Shown here in pieces: positions 55,250 through 63,732 of a stretch of 64,000 nucleotides of DNA (position 1 is the stretch's first letter; every line of letters begins with the position of its first letter). A program made the translations under genes and the position numbers. The stretch is taken from positions 2,450 to 66,449 of the forward strand of contig CAIWCT010000037.1 in NCBI GenBank assembly GCA_903911225.1. Direction: 5' to 3'. The stretch comes from an uncultured delta proteobacterium (GTDB lineage Bacteria > Desulfobacterota > WTBG01 > CAIYCZ01 > CAIRTM01). Under the pieces are notes generated by a model. The model was not told where the DNA came from, made no database searches, and saw only the letters and a list, made by a program, of their open reading frames with translations.

Positions 55250-56173
55250 GTGGAATTCATTAAGCAGAATATAAATATAAATTTCGTAGGAAAAATCTGG
55301 TACGCCCTCACCCTTTCCTGGACGCTCATCCTCCTCGGGATTGTTTGTCTGGTTGTAAAGGGCGGGCCCCATTACAGCATCGATTTTAAGGGCGGCACGC
55401 TCTTTCAGGTACGGTTTGAGCAGTCGGCCTCAGCCGGCGATATCCGCCAGGTTATCAAGGATATGGGCATTGAGGCCGGCTCGGTACAGAATTTCGGAGA
55501 TGAGGGCCAAAAGGAATACCTGATCAATATTCAGAGCAAGGTCGAAAACCTTGAGCAGTTTTCCGATGAATTCAAGGCGGCCATGGAGTCCAAATTCGGC
55601 AAAGACAAATTCGAGATCCGCCGCACCGAGGCCGTGGGCCCCAAGGTGGGAAAAGACCTGCGGCAAAAGGCTTTGCTGGCTGTGGCTCTTTCCTGTATCG
55701 GCATGCTCATCTATATCTGGTTCCGGTTTGAGTTCCGGTTCGGCCTCGGCGCTATTCTTGGCCTCATCCATGATGTGCTTATAACCATGGGCGCTCTCTC
55801 CATCACCAACACCCCCATCGACCTTTCAGTTGTTGCGGCACTGCTGACTATTGTCGGCTATTCGGTCAACGACACCATCATCGTTTGCGACCGTATCCGG
55901 GAAAATATGCCGAAGATGACGAGAAAGCCGCTGCGTGAGGTCATCAACATCAGCGTTAACCAGACCCTGAGCCGAACGATTCTTACCGTCAGCACGGTGT
56001 TTATGGCAACCCTTGCCCTGTTCATATTCGGCGGCGGCGTCATCCACGACTTTGCTTTCACCATGCTCGTGGGAACCATCACCGGCACGTATTCCTCCAT
56101 CTTTGTGGCATGCCCGGTTGTCATCTTCTGGGAGAAGTTTTTTGCGAATAAAACGGCGGGGGCCAGGAGATAA
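55250..56173 (+). CDS. secF: Protein translocase subunit SecF
   Basis: HYSIDFKGGT. GLIHDVLITMGALS. VGYSVNDTIIVCDRIRE. Adjacent to secD. Confidence 0.95.
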   Translation: MEFIKQNININFVGKIWYALTLSWTLILLGIVCLVVKGGPHYSIDFKGGTLFQVRFEQSASAGDIRQVIKDMGIEAGSVQNFGDEGQKEYLINIQSKVENLEQFSDEFKAAMESKFGKDKFEIRRTEAVGPKVGKDLRQKALLAVALSCIGMLIYIWFRFEFRFGLGAILGLIHDVLITMGALSITNTPIDLSVVAALLTIVGYSVNDTIIVCDRIRENMPKMTRKPLREVINISVNQTLSRTILTVSTVFMATLALFIFGGGVIHDFAFTMLVGTITGTYSSIFVACPVVIFWEKFFANKTAGARR

Positions 56174-56281
56174 AAACCAGCAAGTATTGCTTGAGCGTTT
56201 TGCAGCCTGTCAGTGGGGTGGCAGGCTTGTGCAGCAGCAGAACCCCGTATAGGCATTTTGCAGGAGCGTTTGATTCCACGG

Positions 56282-56317
56282 GAAGCCGGCGGGGACATGC
56301 GCTTCTGTTTTTTTAGA
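56282..56317 (+). terminator. Weak terminator candidate after secF
   Basis: GAAGC (56282-56286) pairs with GCTTC (56301-56305), followed by tgttttttt. The stem is short and the loop is long. Confidence 0.3.
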
Positions 56318-56357
56318 CAGCATTTATATAATAGAATCTTTCAAGGCGGTACACTGC

Positions 56358-57596
56358 GTGATTACTGTTGAAAAGGCTCTGGAAACAATACTTGCTCAAA
56401 TTCGGGTTCTCGGCTCAGAGCGCATCGATATACTCGGGTCGCGCGGCCGGGTGCTGGCTGAGGATATTGTGTCGGGCCTTGACGTGCCGCCTCATGACAA
56501 TTCATCCATGGACGGGTATGCCGTGCGGCATACCGACATAGCTGATGCCGTCGCCGACAAACCGGTTCAACTTAAAATCACGGGCGACCTGCCTGCAGGA
56601 TATATCTCCCGGGAAATACTTCAGCCCGGCCAGGCCCTGCGCATCATGACGGGGGCGCCGGTTCCGCAGGGCGCCGATACGGTTATTATGCAGGAAAATA
56701 CCACCGCGCAGGGCTCTACAGTTGCGATTCTGCAGGGGGAAAAGGCCGGCGCCAATATCAGGCGCGCCGGTGAGGATATTAAAAAAGGCGCTTTGCTTTT
56801 TCCGGCCGGCACTGTTGTGCGGCCTGCTCATATCGGCATCATGGCATCCATAAAGCGGGCCATGGTTTCGGTGTATCAGCGGCCGCGCGTTGCGATTCTC
56901 TCAACGGGCGATGAGCTGGTTGACATTGACGGTAAGCTTGGTCCGGGCAAGATCGTTTCCAGCAATTCCTATTCCCTGATGTCACTGGTTGCCGAAGCAG
57001 GCGGAACGCCGATTATGCTCGGCATCGCCCGGGACACAAAAGACGCTTTGCGCGCGCGCCTTCTTGAAGGGTTGCACGCCGACATTATAATCTCTTCCGG
57101 CGGCGTGTCCGTAGGTGATTACGATTATGTAAAGGACGTGCTGCAGGAGCTTGGCGCCGATATGAAGTTCTGGAAAGTTCTGATGCGCCCCGGCCAGCCG
57201 CTTGCTTTCGGCGTCATCGGCGACAAACCCGCCTTCGGGCTTCCCGGCAATCCTGTATCCGCCATGGTATCATTTGAGCAGTTCGTGCGGCCCGCCATGC
57301 GCAAAATGAGCGGTCACACAAAGCTGTTTCGCCGGCCTATTGAAGCCGTGGCGCAGCAAGATGTGCCTGGCAGACCGGGAAGAAAATTTTTCGTGCGCTG
57401 CAGGCTGACGCAAAAAGACGGGCAGTGGTTTGCCAGCACCACGGGAGAGCAGGGCTCGGGCATACTCATGTCCATGGCAGAGGCCTCAGGGCTTATGGCT
57501 ATCCCTGCAGACGTGAGCGGCGTCAGCGCAGGCGACAGAGTGAGCGTGCAGGTACTTGACCCGGAGCTCGGCTACAGCGAAACAGTCAATTATTAA
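56358..57596 (+). CDS. moeA: Molybdopterin molybdenumtransferase MoeA
   Basis: [67 protein letters not shown]. Confidence 0.9.
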   Translation: MITVEKALETILAQIRVLGSERIDILGSRGRVLAEDIVSGLDVPPHDNSSMDGYAVRHTDIADAVADKPVQLKITGDLPAGYISREILQPGQALRIMTGAPVPQGADTVIMQENTTAQGSTVAILQGEKAGANIRRAGEDIKKGALLFPAGTVVRPAHIGIMASIKRAMVSVYQRPRVAILSTGDELVDIDGKLGPGKIVSSNSYSLMSLVAEAGGTPIMLGIARDTKDALRARLLEGLHADIIISSGGVSVGDYDYVKDVLQELGADMKFWKVLMRPGQPLAFGVIGDKPAFGLPGNPVSAMVSFEQFVRPAMRKMSGHTKLFRRPIEAVAQQDVPGRPGRKFFVRCRLTQKDGQWFASTTGEQGSGILMSMAEASGLMAIPADVSGVSAGDRVSVQVLDPELGYSETVNY

Positions 57597-57608
57597 GATC
57601 TTGCATAC

Positions 57609-57663
57609 GGTGGGTGAAACCCACCATTGATGGACATGAAAAATTTTGGTGGGTTTCACCCAC
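57609..57663. repeat. REP-like palindromic element (GGTGGGTGAAACCCACC ... GGTGGGTTTCACCCAC), copy 1
   Basis: Two short hairpins separated by about 22 nt. Closely related to 61919-61988. Confidence 0.8.
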
Positions 57664-57694
57664 ACTACAAAACTTGTTCCCAGGGAGACTTGTC

Positions 57695-59500
57695 ATGGCA
57701 GAACCATTTGTAAACCTCAAGCGTTCCAATTACTGCGGAGATCTGCGTAAAAGCGACGTTGGCCGCAATGTGACCATCATGGGCTGGGTGCATAGCCGCC
57801 GCGACCACGGGGGCCTGATTTTTGTCGATCTGCGCGACCGCACAGGCATAGCCCAGATAGCCTTTCACCCCGATGCATGTTCTTCTGCTCTGGATAAGGC
57901 CCATGACCTGCGAAGCGAATTCGTGATCGCGGTCAAAGGCACGGTAGCCGACCGGCCAGAGGGCACGATCAATCCTGACCTTCCCACGGGCGAGATCGAG
58001 GTGCTTGCAAGCGAGCTTATTATTTTAAATGAATCGCAGACCCCGCCGTTTGAAATTTCCGACCGCGCGGAAGCAACCGAGACCCTGCGCCTCAAGTACC
58101 GCTATCTTGATCTGCGGCGGCCCAAAATGCAGCAGATTTTAGCCACGCGACATCGCATGTGCCAGATAATCAGGAATTATTTCAGCGCTCAGAATTTCAT
58201 GGAATTTGAAACGCCCATGCTCACCAAGAGCACGCCCGAGGGGGCCCGCGACTATCTGGTGCCGAGCCGCATCGAGGCGGGCAGCTTTTTTGCCCTGCCC
58301 CAGTCTCCGCAGCTGTTTAAGCAGATACTCATGGTGTCGGGCTTTGACCGCTACTTTCAGATCGTGAAATGCTTTCGCGACGAGGATCTGCGCGCCGACC
58401 GCCAGCCCGAGTTTACGCAGGTTGACCTTGAGATGTCTTTTATCGATGAAGAAGATATTTACAGCCTGCTCGAAGGCCTGATGAAAAATCTGTTTAAGGA
58501 AATTCTCAGCCTCGACGTGGCGACGCCGTTTCCGCGCCTGTCATATCAGGAGGCCATGGACCGCTTCGGCTCCGACAAGCCCGATACGCGCTTCGGCCTT
58601 GAGCTTGTCGATCTTAACCCGGCCCTTAAAAATTCCGGCTTCAAGGTTTTTGCCCAGGCCATTGAAAAAGGCGGCGTGGTGAAGGGCCTCACGGTGAAGG
58701 GTGCTGATTTTTCCCGCAAAGACCTCGATGAGCTTGTTGAGGTTGCAAAAACCTACGGCGCAGGGGGTCTTGTCTGGATAAAAATAAATCCCGATGGCTG
58801 GCAGTCGCCTGCGGCGAAATTTCTCTCCGATGCTGAAAAGGCGGAAATTACGCGCATCATGGGAGCCGAAACAGGCGACCTGCTGGTGATGGTGGGCGAT
58901 GCCTCCTTCACAACGGCCTGCAACGCCATCGGCTACGTGCGGCTGCACCTGATTAAAAAGCTCGGCCTTGCGCCATCGGAAAAATTCAAGTTCACGTGGG
59001 TCAACAAGTTTCCGCTTCTTGAGTACAGCGCCGAAGACAAGCGCTGGGTTGCCATGCACCATCCCTTTACCTCGCCCCTTGAAGAAGACATGGCGCTGCT
59101 GGATACCGAGCCGGGCCGCGTGCGCGCCCGTGCCTATGACCTTGTGATGAACGGCAGTGAAATCGGAGGCGGCTCCATCCGTATCCACCGCCAGGATGTG
59201 CAGTCGAAAATGTTCAGCCTGCTTGGCATTCAGCCCGACGAGGCTGAGGTGAAGTTCGGGTTCCTGCTCGACGCGCTCAAGTTCGGCGCGCCACCCCATG
59301 GCGGGCTTGCCCTGGGGCTCGACCGCATGGTCATGCTCATGACCGACTGCGAATCGATCCGCGACGTAATTGCATTTCCCAAAACGCAGAAGGCAGCCTG
59401 CCTCATGTCGGGTGCGCCGTCGCCGGTAGACAACCGGCAACTTCGCGAGCTACACATCAAAACAAACCTGCCGCAAAAAGAAGCAAAAGAAAAAGAATAA
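57695..59500 (+). CDS. aspS: Aspartate--tRNA ligase
   Basis: RSNYCGDLR...[56 protein letters not shown]. The ATG at 57695 is preferred, because the listed GTG start at 57614 reads through the REP element. Confidence 0.95.
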   Translation: MAEPFVNLKRSNYCGDLRKSDVGRNVTIMGWVHSRRDHGGLIFVDLRDRTGIAQIAFHPDACSSALDKAHDLRSEFVIAVKGTVADRPEGTINPDLPTGEIEVLASELIILNESQTPPFEISDRAEATETLRLKYRYLDLRRPKMQQILATRHRMCQIIRNYFSAQNFMEFETPMLTKSTPEGARDYLVPSRIEAGSFFALPQSPQLFKQILMVSGFDRYFQIVKCFRDEDLRADRQPEFTQVDLEMSFIDEEDIYSLLEGLMKNLFKEILSLDVATPFPRLSYQEAMDRFGSDKPDTRFGLELVDLNPALKNSGFKVFAQAIEKGGVVKGLTVKGADFSRKDLDELVEVAKTYGAGGLVWIKINPDGWQSPAAKFLSDAEKAEITRIMGAETGDLLVMVGDASFTTACNAIGYVRLHLIKKLGLAPSEKFKFTWVNKFPLLEYSAEDKRWVAMHHPFTSPLEEDMALLDTEPGRVRARAYDLVMNGSEIGGGSIRIHRQDVQSKMFSLLGIQPDEAEVKFGFLLDALKFGAPPHGGLALGLDRMVMLMTDCESIRDVIAFPKTQKAACLMSGAPSPVDNRQLRELHIKTNLPQKEAKEKE

Positions 59501-59504
59501 ATAC

Positions 59505-59530
59505 AAGGAGGCCCCGGGGCCTCCTTTTTT
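59505..59530 (+). terminator. Intrinsic terminator of aspS
   Basis: AAGGAGGCCCC/GGGGCCTCCTT perfect palindromic stem followed by TTTT. Confidence 0.85.
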
Positions 59531-59680
59531 ATTGCTTCCATTGCACGTCTCTACTGCTTGCCGCACTTTCCGTCATTTCGTCTGATGCCGGAATCCAGTC
59601 CGCAGGGTGCGCTGCACCCGCTATTTTAATCAATGGGTATAGACCATCCGGCAAGGTGAATCCTCCTGCTGCAGAATTTT

Positions 59681-59710
59681 CCATGTTATATAGATGTCTA
59701 TATAACATGG
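59681..59710. repeat. Perfect 30-bp palindrome (14-bp arms, 2-nt centre)
   Basis: CCATGTTATATAGA tg TCTATATAACATGG. The 11-mer AGATGTCTATA recurs at 59803-59813. Confidence 0.95.
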
Positions 59711-59868
59711 GGTTTTCCCGTAAAATGCAGAATGAGGGATTATAGATTGACAATATTCTTATAATTTGAAATAAGCGCCGTAGGCTGGAGTTCGAAAATT
59801 ACAGATGTCTATAGTAATATATGTTGGCATCCATACGATAAAACCATTGGAGAAAAGAAGCAAAACAA

Positions 59869-60894
59869 ATGGATAGAAAACTATTTCTCGAAAAAATTCT
59901 AAATGAATTTGAAAATTGGTGGACACACGATCCACATAGCTCAAATATTAATTTTTATCAGAACACTATTACGGCTTCTCGATTGGCCTCATTATCGAAT
60001 AAGGAATTTATTGATTTCTTTTATGGTTTCGTAAGTGAAGGTGGGCGAGTACAATCAGGTGGTGACCGAACTAAGAACAAATTTCGAAATACAGTACAAA
60101 ATAACATAGATAGGTTTAGGAAATACGTTTTAAAGCCGTTTCGAGACAATTTTTCTCTTAAAGATTGGTTTTTGCAACTTGAAGAATATCCAGGATTTGG
60201 AGTGGGTATAGCAACGATATTTCTTAATCGGATAAATCATAGGAAATATCCTATAATGAATAATAAAACGTTGAAAGGGCTAAGCAGGCTTGGATACAGA
60301 ATATCTTCTTCAAAAAACTGGACAAATTATAAATTGGTTAAGCAATACCAAGATGATTTACTAAATGATTTTCCAACACTTCAAAACTATTACAAAGCAG
60401 ATGCATTAAATCATTTCCTCGTGGCTGTTTATCAAGGACAAGAGCTAATATCAGATTACTTGCAGATAGACAATTTTGAAAATGAATTGGAGCAACATGA
60501 AATAGAATGCGGTGCTGAAATCGACGAAACAAATAAGGAAGAATTGTATAAAAAATTAATCGAATGTGAAAATAGCAAATCAGAAAAAATCACAATCAAT
60601 GGAAAAGTTTATAAGAGGCATAATTACTTGATGGCTCTAATAAAGAAATATAGGGACCATAAATGCCAATTCTGTTCAACAACCATTCTTAAAGCAAATG
60701 GCGCGTATTATATTGAGGCTTGCCACATTAAGCCAAAAGCTGAAGGTGGCAAGGATAGTTTTGATAATATTCTAATTCTGTGCCCCAATTGTCATAAACT
60801 TTTTGATTATGGTGAGCGGTCTAATGAAAAGAAAAGGAATGCTACTTATTCCATTACTATTAATGAAAAAAAATACAAAGCATCGTTAAAATAA
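59869..60894 (+). CDS. HNH endonuclease with a 250-aa N-terminal domain of unknown function (possible HhH-like segment)
   Basis: C-terminal HNH_2-type motif: CQFCSTT...YIEACHIKPKAEGGKDSFDNILILCPNCHKLFDYG. The N-terminal segment YPGFGVGIATIFLNRI resembles a helix-hairpin-helix. AT-rich. Confidence 0.75.
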   Translation: MDRKLFLEKILNEFENWWTHDPHSSNINFYQNTITASRLASLSNKEFIDFFYGFVSEGGRVQSGGDRTKNKFRNTVQNNIDRFRKYVLKPFRDNFSLKDWFLQLEEYPGFGVGIATIFLNRINHRKYPIMNNKTLKGLSRLGYRISSSKNWTNYKLVKQYQDDLLNDFPTLQNYYKADALNHFLVAVYQGQELISDYLQIDNFENELEQHEIECGAEIDETNKEELYKKLIECENSKSEKITINGKVYKRHNYLMALIKKYRDHKCQFCSTTILKANGAYYIEACHIKPKAEGGKDSFDNILILCPNCHKLFDYGERSNEKKRNATYSITINEKKYKASLK

Positions 60895-60903
60895 TGCGTT
60901 AAA

Positions 60904-60975
60904 TGCCAACAAATATTTGCACCTGACTGGTGTTCCTCTGCCGCTCCTCACCAGCAGGTGAAAAACACGTTAGAT
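60904..60975 (+). other. attC-like recombination site A
   Basis: GCCAAC...CACCTGaCTGGTG...CACCAGcAGGTG...GTTAGAT. An imperfect palindrome with single unpaired bases. Ends in a GTTRRRY core (GTTAGAT, 60969-60975). Confidence 0.6.
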
Positions 60976-60998
60976 GAAAATAAATAGATAAATCTTTA

Positions 60999-61859
60999 TT
61001 GAGGGTTGTTTTGCAGAATAATCAAGCTGGACAAGTTTATATTCTTGTTTCACCGAATTCGGAATACATCAAAATTGGAGGCAGCGACTACCCTCCTCTT
61101 AAACGTATCCGGGAAATCAATACAACTGAACCATATAAAAGCCTTGGTCCATGGGGTTTATCTGATTTCAGGCAAGTTACTGATTGGAGAAAAATTGAAG
61201 CATCTTTACATTACGCTTTCAGAAGCAAACTGATCAAGAATATCGACGGGCAAAAAGAGTTGTTCCATGTCTCAGCCCATGAAGCTTCAGCGAAACTTAA
61301 TCAAATTGATCCATCAGAAATTTTAAAAAAACCAAAAGTTGACCGTATGTTTCAGGATGAGGATTTTACCACGTATATTCTCCAATTATTCAGCTTTACT
61401 GGGTTGATGAATTGGCTTGATATTCAAGGCGCATGGACCTTTGTGCTTTTTCCAGCGACTGAAGGGGGGCGATATTTTACGATCAATATTGGACCTCATG
61501 AAGTCGCATTCAGCACATTGCCGAAAAATAATGAGAAGCCAATACATATGATTTTAGTGGATCGGTTGATATTGGATTTTAAGGGAGTTAAAAATTGGGT
61601 CTACACCCATAACGGGCAAATCAAAGAAGATCACTATAAAAGTGCACTTCCCCGTTCAACTTCTCTAATTTTTGAAGGGACTTTTGAAGATGCTCAAAAT
61701 TTTCTTACTCTTGATGGAGTGAGGCGTGCATTAATAGCATATTGGACGGAAGGATTAATCGGACTAAAAGAAAGAGGTGCTTTAAGCCTCTTTGCCAAGT
61801 TTCACAACTGGAATGCCGTGGCAGAAATTCATTCTCGTTTAATGAAAAATAAGAACTAA
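60999..61859 (+). CDS. T5orf172 / GIY-YIG-like domain protein with a C-terminal domain of unknown function
   Basis: GQVYILVSPNSEYIKIGGSDYPPLKRIREINTTEP...IEASLHYAFRSKLIKNIDGQKELFHV fits the T5orf172 pattern (VYIL, KIG, R..E.N, E..LH..F, E.F). No ATG is available, so the start is TTG and uncertain. Confidence 0.6.
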   Translation: MRVVLQNNQAGQVYILVSPNSEYIKIGGSDYPPLKRIREINTTEPYKSLGPWGLSDFRQVTDWRKIEASLHYAFRSKLIKNIDGQKELFHVSAHEASAKLNQIDPSEILKKPKVDRMFQDEDFTTYILQLFSFTGLMNWLDIQGAWTFVLFPATEGGRYFTINIGPHEVAFSTLPKNNEKPIHMILVDRLILDFKGVKNWVYTHNGQIKEDHYKSALPRSTSLIFEGTFEDAQNFLTLDGVRRALIAYWTEGLIGLKERGALSLFAKFHNWNAVAEIHSRLMKNKN

Positions 61860-61862
61860 ATA

Positions 61863-62033
61863 TCTAACATGCGCATTCACTCTGACCGCCACTCCGCTTC
61901 GCTACGTGGCGGCAGTCAGTAGGGTGGGTGAAACCCACCATTTATGATGTTTCAAAATACCGGTGGGTTTCGCTACGCTGCACCCACCACGGACTGTCGA
62001 CTTCGCCTCCAGCAGGTGACCTTAACGTTAGGG
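61863..62033 (+). other. Compound or disrupted attC-like site B carrying a REP-like insert
   Basis: The 5' part is TCTAAC...ACTCTGACCGCCAC-loop-GTGGCGGCAGTCAGT. Then REP copy 2 (61919-61988). Then an attC 3' half, CCTCCAGCAGGTGACCTTAACGTTAGGG, resembling the 3' half of site A. Confidence 0.5.
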
Positions 62034-62041
62034 TGCATCAG

Positions 62042-62329
62042 ATGAGACTCATAAGCATAGTGAAGACTTCCAGTCTTGTTGGCGCGATACTGATCGGCAT
62101 TCTCACAGCAGCAATCTATTTCGGAGGGCCTAATCCGCCGACGCCAATGGTGAGCACCAACAATCCATTCAAAGCCGTCGATTTTTCGGATTTGCCCGCG
62201 CTACAACGCTTCACCGCAAAGGATGGCGCTCAGCTCGCCTACCGCTATTACAGCCCCAAAGGGAAAAAGGGGGGTCAAATCTTTAACTTGACAAATTACG
62301 CTTTCAACAACCATGAAATATCAAGATAA
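62042..62329 (+). pseudogene. Truncated N-terminal fragment of an alpha/beta-hydrolase-like protein
   Basis: MRLISIVKTSSLVGAILIGILTAAIYF (anchor), then FTAKDGAQLAYRYYSP as in hydrolase N-termini. It then stops after about 95 aa, before any nucleophile-elbow motif. The ORF-track start at 61928 lies within REP/attC sequence. Confidence 0.4.
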
Positions 62330-63098
62330 AGATTTGACCCCAATGATACCGCCAATGAAAAATAAATACGCACATTTCGCCATCGGATATGTCCTGTTTG
62401 GGCTTGTGATGCAGTTTTTTGTACCAGGCTGTGTTACCAGTCCTATACGGAGAGAAATACATTCTATGCCAAAATATAGGCCGGAGCAGTATCCTTTGAC
62501 GGTCGAAGGCTCATATCGTGGCACGTTTAATTCCAGCGGAAGCGAGTACATGCACTTCTACTTCCCACATTTCCCATGGCCGGCTCGATATGGTCAGGAG
62601 ATGCACATATTCTTTCCTGTCATGCCGGGCAATAGCCCCATTGTTATAAACAAGCGAGAGGATCTTTGGATAAACGAGTATCGAGATAAAAATACGATTC
62701 CTGTGCATTACATCTATAAAGGGGAGAAATACGGTAAAAGCCTTGAAGTGCCAAACCCTCTAAAGAATAATATCCCAACCAGCCGGGCAAAGCTTTTCAT
62801 TACAACCACAAATAATCTGCCAGAGATTCGACCTTCAGAAGGTACCCCCTTTTATGTTTACCTTAACGCAACAAAGGATGGGCCAGGATCCATATTCAGG
62901 GTTGCACAAGTGCTGCCCGGAACTAAACCTGAATGGAGCCCTGCCAGCATTCTGAATGATAAGCCTTACCAGTGGGAATGGTATAGCCCTTGGTATTATG
63001 CATGGTACCTTTATTCCGTGCCCCTGGACATAATCACCTATCCAGCGCAGTTTGCAATCTCATTGTGGGGATATTGGCTTCTAAAAGATGTTAAGTGA
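62313..63098 (+). CDS. Hypothetical protein, possible lipoprotein with a C-terminal TM helix
   Basis: FAIGYVLFGLVMQFFVPGC is lipobox-like. Trp/Tyr-rich C-terminus. The true start is probably the ATG at 62343 or 62355, since 62313 lies inside a 15-bp-arm hairpin. Confidence 0.45.
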   Translation: MKYQDKDLTPMIPPMKNKYAHFAIGYVLFGLVMQFFVPGCVTSPIRREIHSMPKYRPEQYPLTVEGSYRGTFNSSGSEYMHFYFPHFPWPARYGQEMHIFFPVMPGNSPIVINKREDLWINEYRDKNTIPVHYIYKGEKYGKSLEVPNPLKNNIPTSRAKLFITTTNNLPEIRPSEGTPFYVYLNATKDGPGSIFRVAQVLPGTKPEWSPASILNDKPYQWEWYSPWYYAWYLYSVPLDIITYPAQFAISLWGYWLLKDVK

Positions 63099-63106
63099 GA
63101 TGAACT

Positions 63107-63164
63107 GGCTAACAAAACCACTTCAGCCGACCGCTTTCAGCGGCGGCTGACCTTTTCGTTAGCT
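63107..63164 (+). other. attC-like recombination site C (58 bp, the most canonical)
   Basis: GGCTAAC-aaaaccact-TCAGCCGaCCGCT-ttc-AGCGGcGGCTGA-ccttttc-GTTAGCT. The outer cores are reverse complements. The inner stems carry single extrahelical bases. Confidence 0.7.
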
Positions 63165-63202
63165 GGTAGGCGAATATATTCGGCAGCAATGGACTATACA
63201 CA

Positions 63203-63610
63203 ATGAAAATTTTTTCCAATACCTCGATTTACTGGGGGCGCTCATTGTTTCTGGGATTACTTGCTACGGTAGGTCTCGGTGTGTGTTCACCGTTGTGGAT
63301 GCTCGCTCAGATGGGTGGCCCAATACCTTTTACATCTTTTTGGTTGCTCATTACTTCCCCCTTTTTTTTGCTTATGCTGTTTCTATCTAAAGCGCGTGAC
63401 GTGCTTGCTGGATTCGTGTGCGGACTTTTGTTTTCCTCACCGGTGGCTGTATTCTGTTGGCTCTTTTCGACCATTGATCCAAATGTGGAGAAATATTATA
63501 GAACAGAGATTAGGCGGGACGGGGTTGCTACACTTTTGATCTCGGTAATTGTGATGTTGTTTGTGGTATTTCTAAGACATGGTGGCCAAGCTGAACGTCG
63601 CAACAAATAA
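63203..63610 (+). CDS. Hypothetical small membrane protein (4 TM helices)
   Basis: 135 aa, hydrophobic helices. Bounded by attC-like sites C and D. Confidence 0.45.
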   Translation: MKIFSNTSIYWGRSLFLGLLATVGLGVCSPLWMLAQMGGPIPFTSFWLLITSPFFLLMLFLSKARDVLAGFVCGLLFSSPVAVFCWLFSTIDPNVEKYYRTEIRRDGVATLLISVIVMLFVVFLRHGGQAERRNK

Positions 63611-63679
63611 AGCTAACGAGGAGCTGCCCTGGATATGGTTCCGCTGCTCTCCACCACGCCAGTGACCTTTGCGTTAGTG
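63611..63679 (+). other. attC-like recombination site D
   Basis: AGCTAACG...CCAGTGACCTTTGCGTTAGTG. Starts immediately after the stop codon. Its 3' end shares the GAC-CTTT-n-CGTTAG consensus with sites B and C. Confidence 0.55.
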
Positions 63680-63732
63680 CGGTATTTCACGTTGCATGAA
63701 AAAGTATTTTTATCTAAAGACAAGGCTGGCAC

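Noticed and set aside
56174-56357. Possible Moco riboswitch upstream of moeA, or a T-box upstream of aspS
   Set aside because: I could not find the conserved Moco-motif or T-box sequence elements by eye. The moeA-aspS spacer is explained by the REP-like element.
58541-59440. 299-aa minus-strand ORF
   Set aside because: It is antisense to aspS, which is clearly real. It is a shadow ORF.
59747-59765. TTGACA and TATAAT hexamers upstream of the HNH gene
   Set aside because: Both hexamers are perfect but only 7 nt apart, which is incompatible with a sigma-70 promoter. The weaker TTCGAA-18-TAATAT pair at 59791-59820 is the better candidate.
61928-62041. First 38 codons of the listed ORF at 61928-62329
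   Set aside because: This part translates REP and attC sequence (MKPTIYDVSKYRWVSLRCTHHG). The plausible coding part starts at the ATG at 62042.
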